A stretch of 63,878 nucleotides of DNA, the filler included, from Phoronis australis (Eukaryota > Animalia > Phoronida), in the NCBI GenBank assembly GCA_002633005.1. It is 6 parts of 6 records of this genome, joined end to end, with 100 filler letters (N's around TTAATTAATTAA, not from the genome) between each part and the next. Parts side by side here need not be neighbours in the genome. Positions count along the whole stretch, not along the records: positions 61,464 to 63,878 come from NMRA01000172.1; 5 more parts are not named here. One strand, written 5' to 3'. Every line of letters begins with the position of its first letter. Positions within the stretch are counted from its first letter, which is position 1. The position numbers and the translations under genes were made by a program. Shown here one piece after another: positions 63,416 to 63,878 of the stretch. The notes under the pieces are model-generated. The model searched no databases. It was not told the origin of the DNA and saw only the letters and a list, made by a program, of their open reading frames with translations.

Positions 63416-63748
63416 CAGTGGCGGATCTACGGGGGGGTTCAGGGGGTTTAAACCCCCCCTCGGGCCATTACCCAAAAATTAAAAAAACAAAAAACAAAAC
63501 AAAAACGTCTCCAGCAAAACAAAAACGCCGGCACCGCCAGCGTGTGTAAACCCCAAGTAAACCAACCTGGAAAAAAATGATGGGGGGGGTCACTCTGAAA
63601 ATATATTTTTTGCATTGTGAATTGCTGTTATGAAAATCAACGCGTTTCGAGTCTTCGTGGCTCATCGACAAAACCCCGAGATCAATTGTGCGCGCGCTTT
63701 TGACGACACTTCTGAAGTAGCCAAGCATTTTAGATGGATCCACCGCTG
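63416..63748. mobile_element. hAT-like MITE
   Basis: CAGTGGCGGATCT / GGATCCACCGCTG ends with G-rich subtermini; no TSD seen. Confidence 0.6.
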
Positions 63749-63878
63749 AAAGAGCAGCTCTATAGCTGATTTCTTTAGATAACTAGCTTCTTTACTCTAA
63801 GATATGTTTTGATTTTATTAGGGAAATACTGTGGTGCCCCAACCCTGATATTCAGGCGAATTGACGTGCAACGTTTTT

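Overview
AT-rich, intron-containing animal genomic DNA from a draft scaffold; the transposon repertoire suggests a marine invertebrate (inference). It has five 100-bp artificial gaps carrying a TTAATTAATTAA linker, plus sized N-gaps and single-n contig joins. Host genes are four consecutive + strand exons of HEATR6 (8260-16703) and one - strand Ig-domain exon (58658-58788). Most of the rest is nested, decayed mobile DNA: a hAT(w)-like element containing a LINE that itself contains a MITE; two TA-flanked Tc1/mariner-pogo-type elements, one carrying a HIRAN-like remnant; two AcademX transposase remnants; an AcademH-type palindromic MITE; three copies of a TTAA-flanked Sola3-like family; a THAP-bearing Kolobok element whose empty site is also in the window; a spliced P2X7-ballast/KolX gene; CR1/RTE-X-type LINE pieces; tRNA-derived SINE heads; a probable solo LTR; minisatellites; and a minimal Penelope-type hammerhead ribozyme. 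There is no CRISPR array or prokaryotic system. Family names come from motif recognition by eye; no database searches were run.
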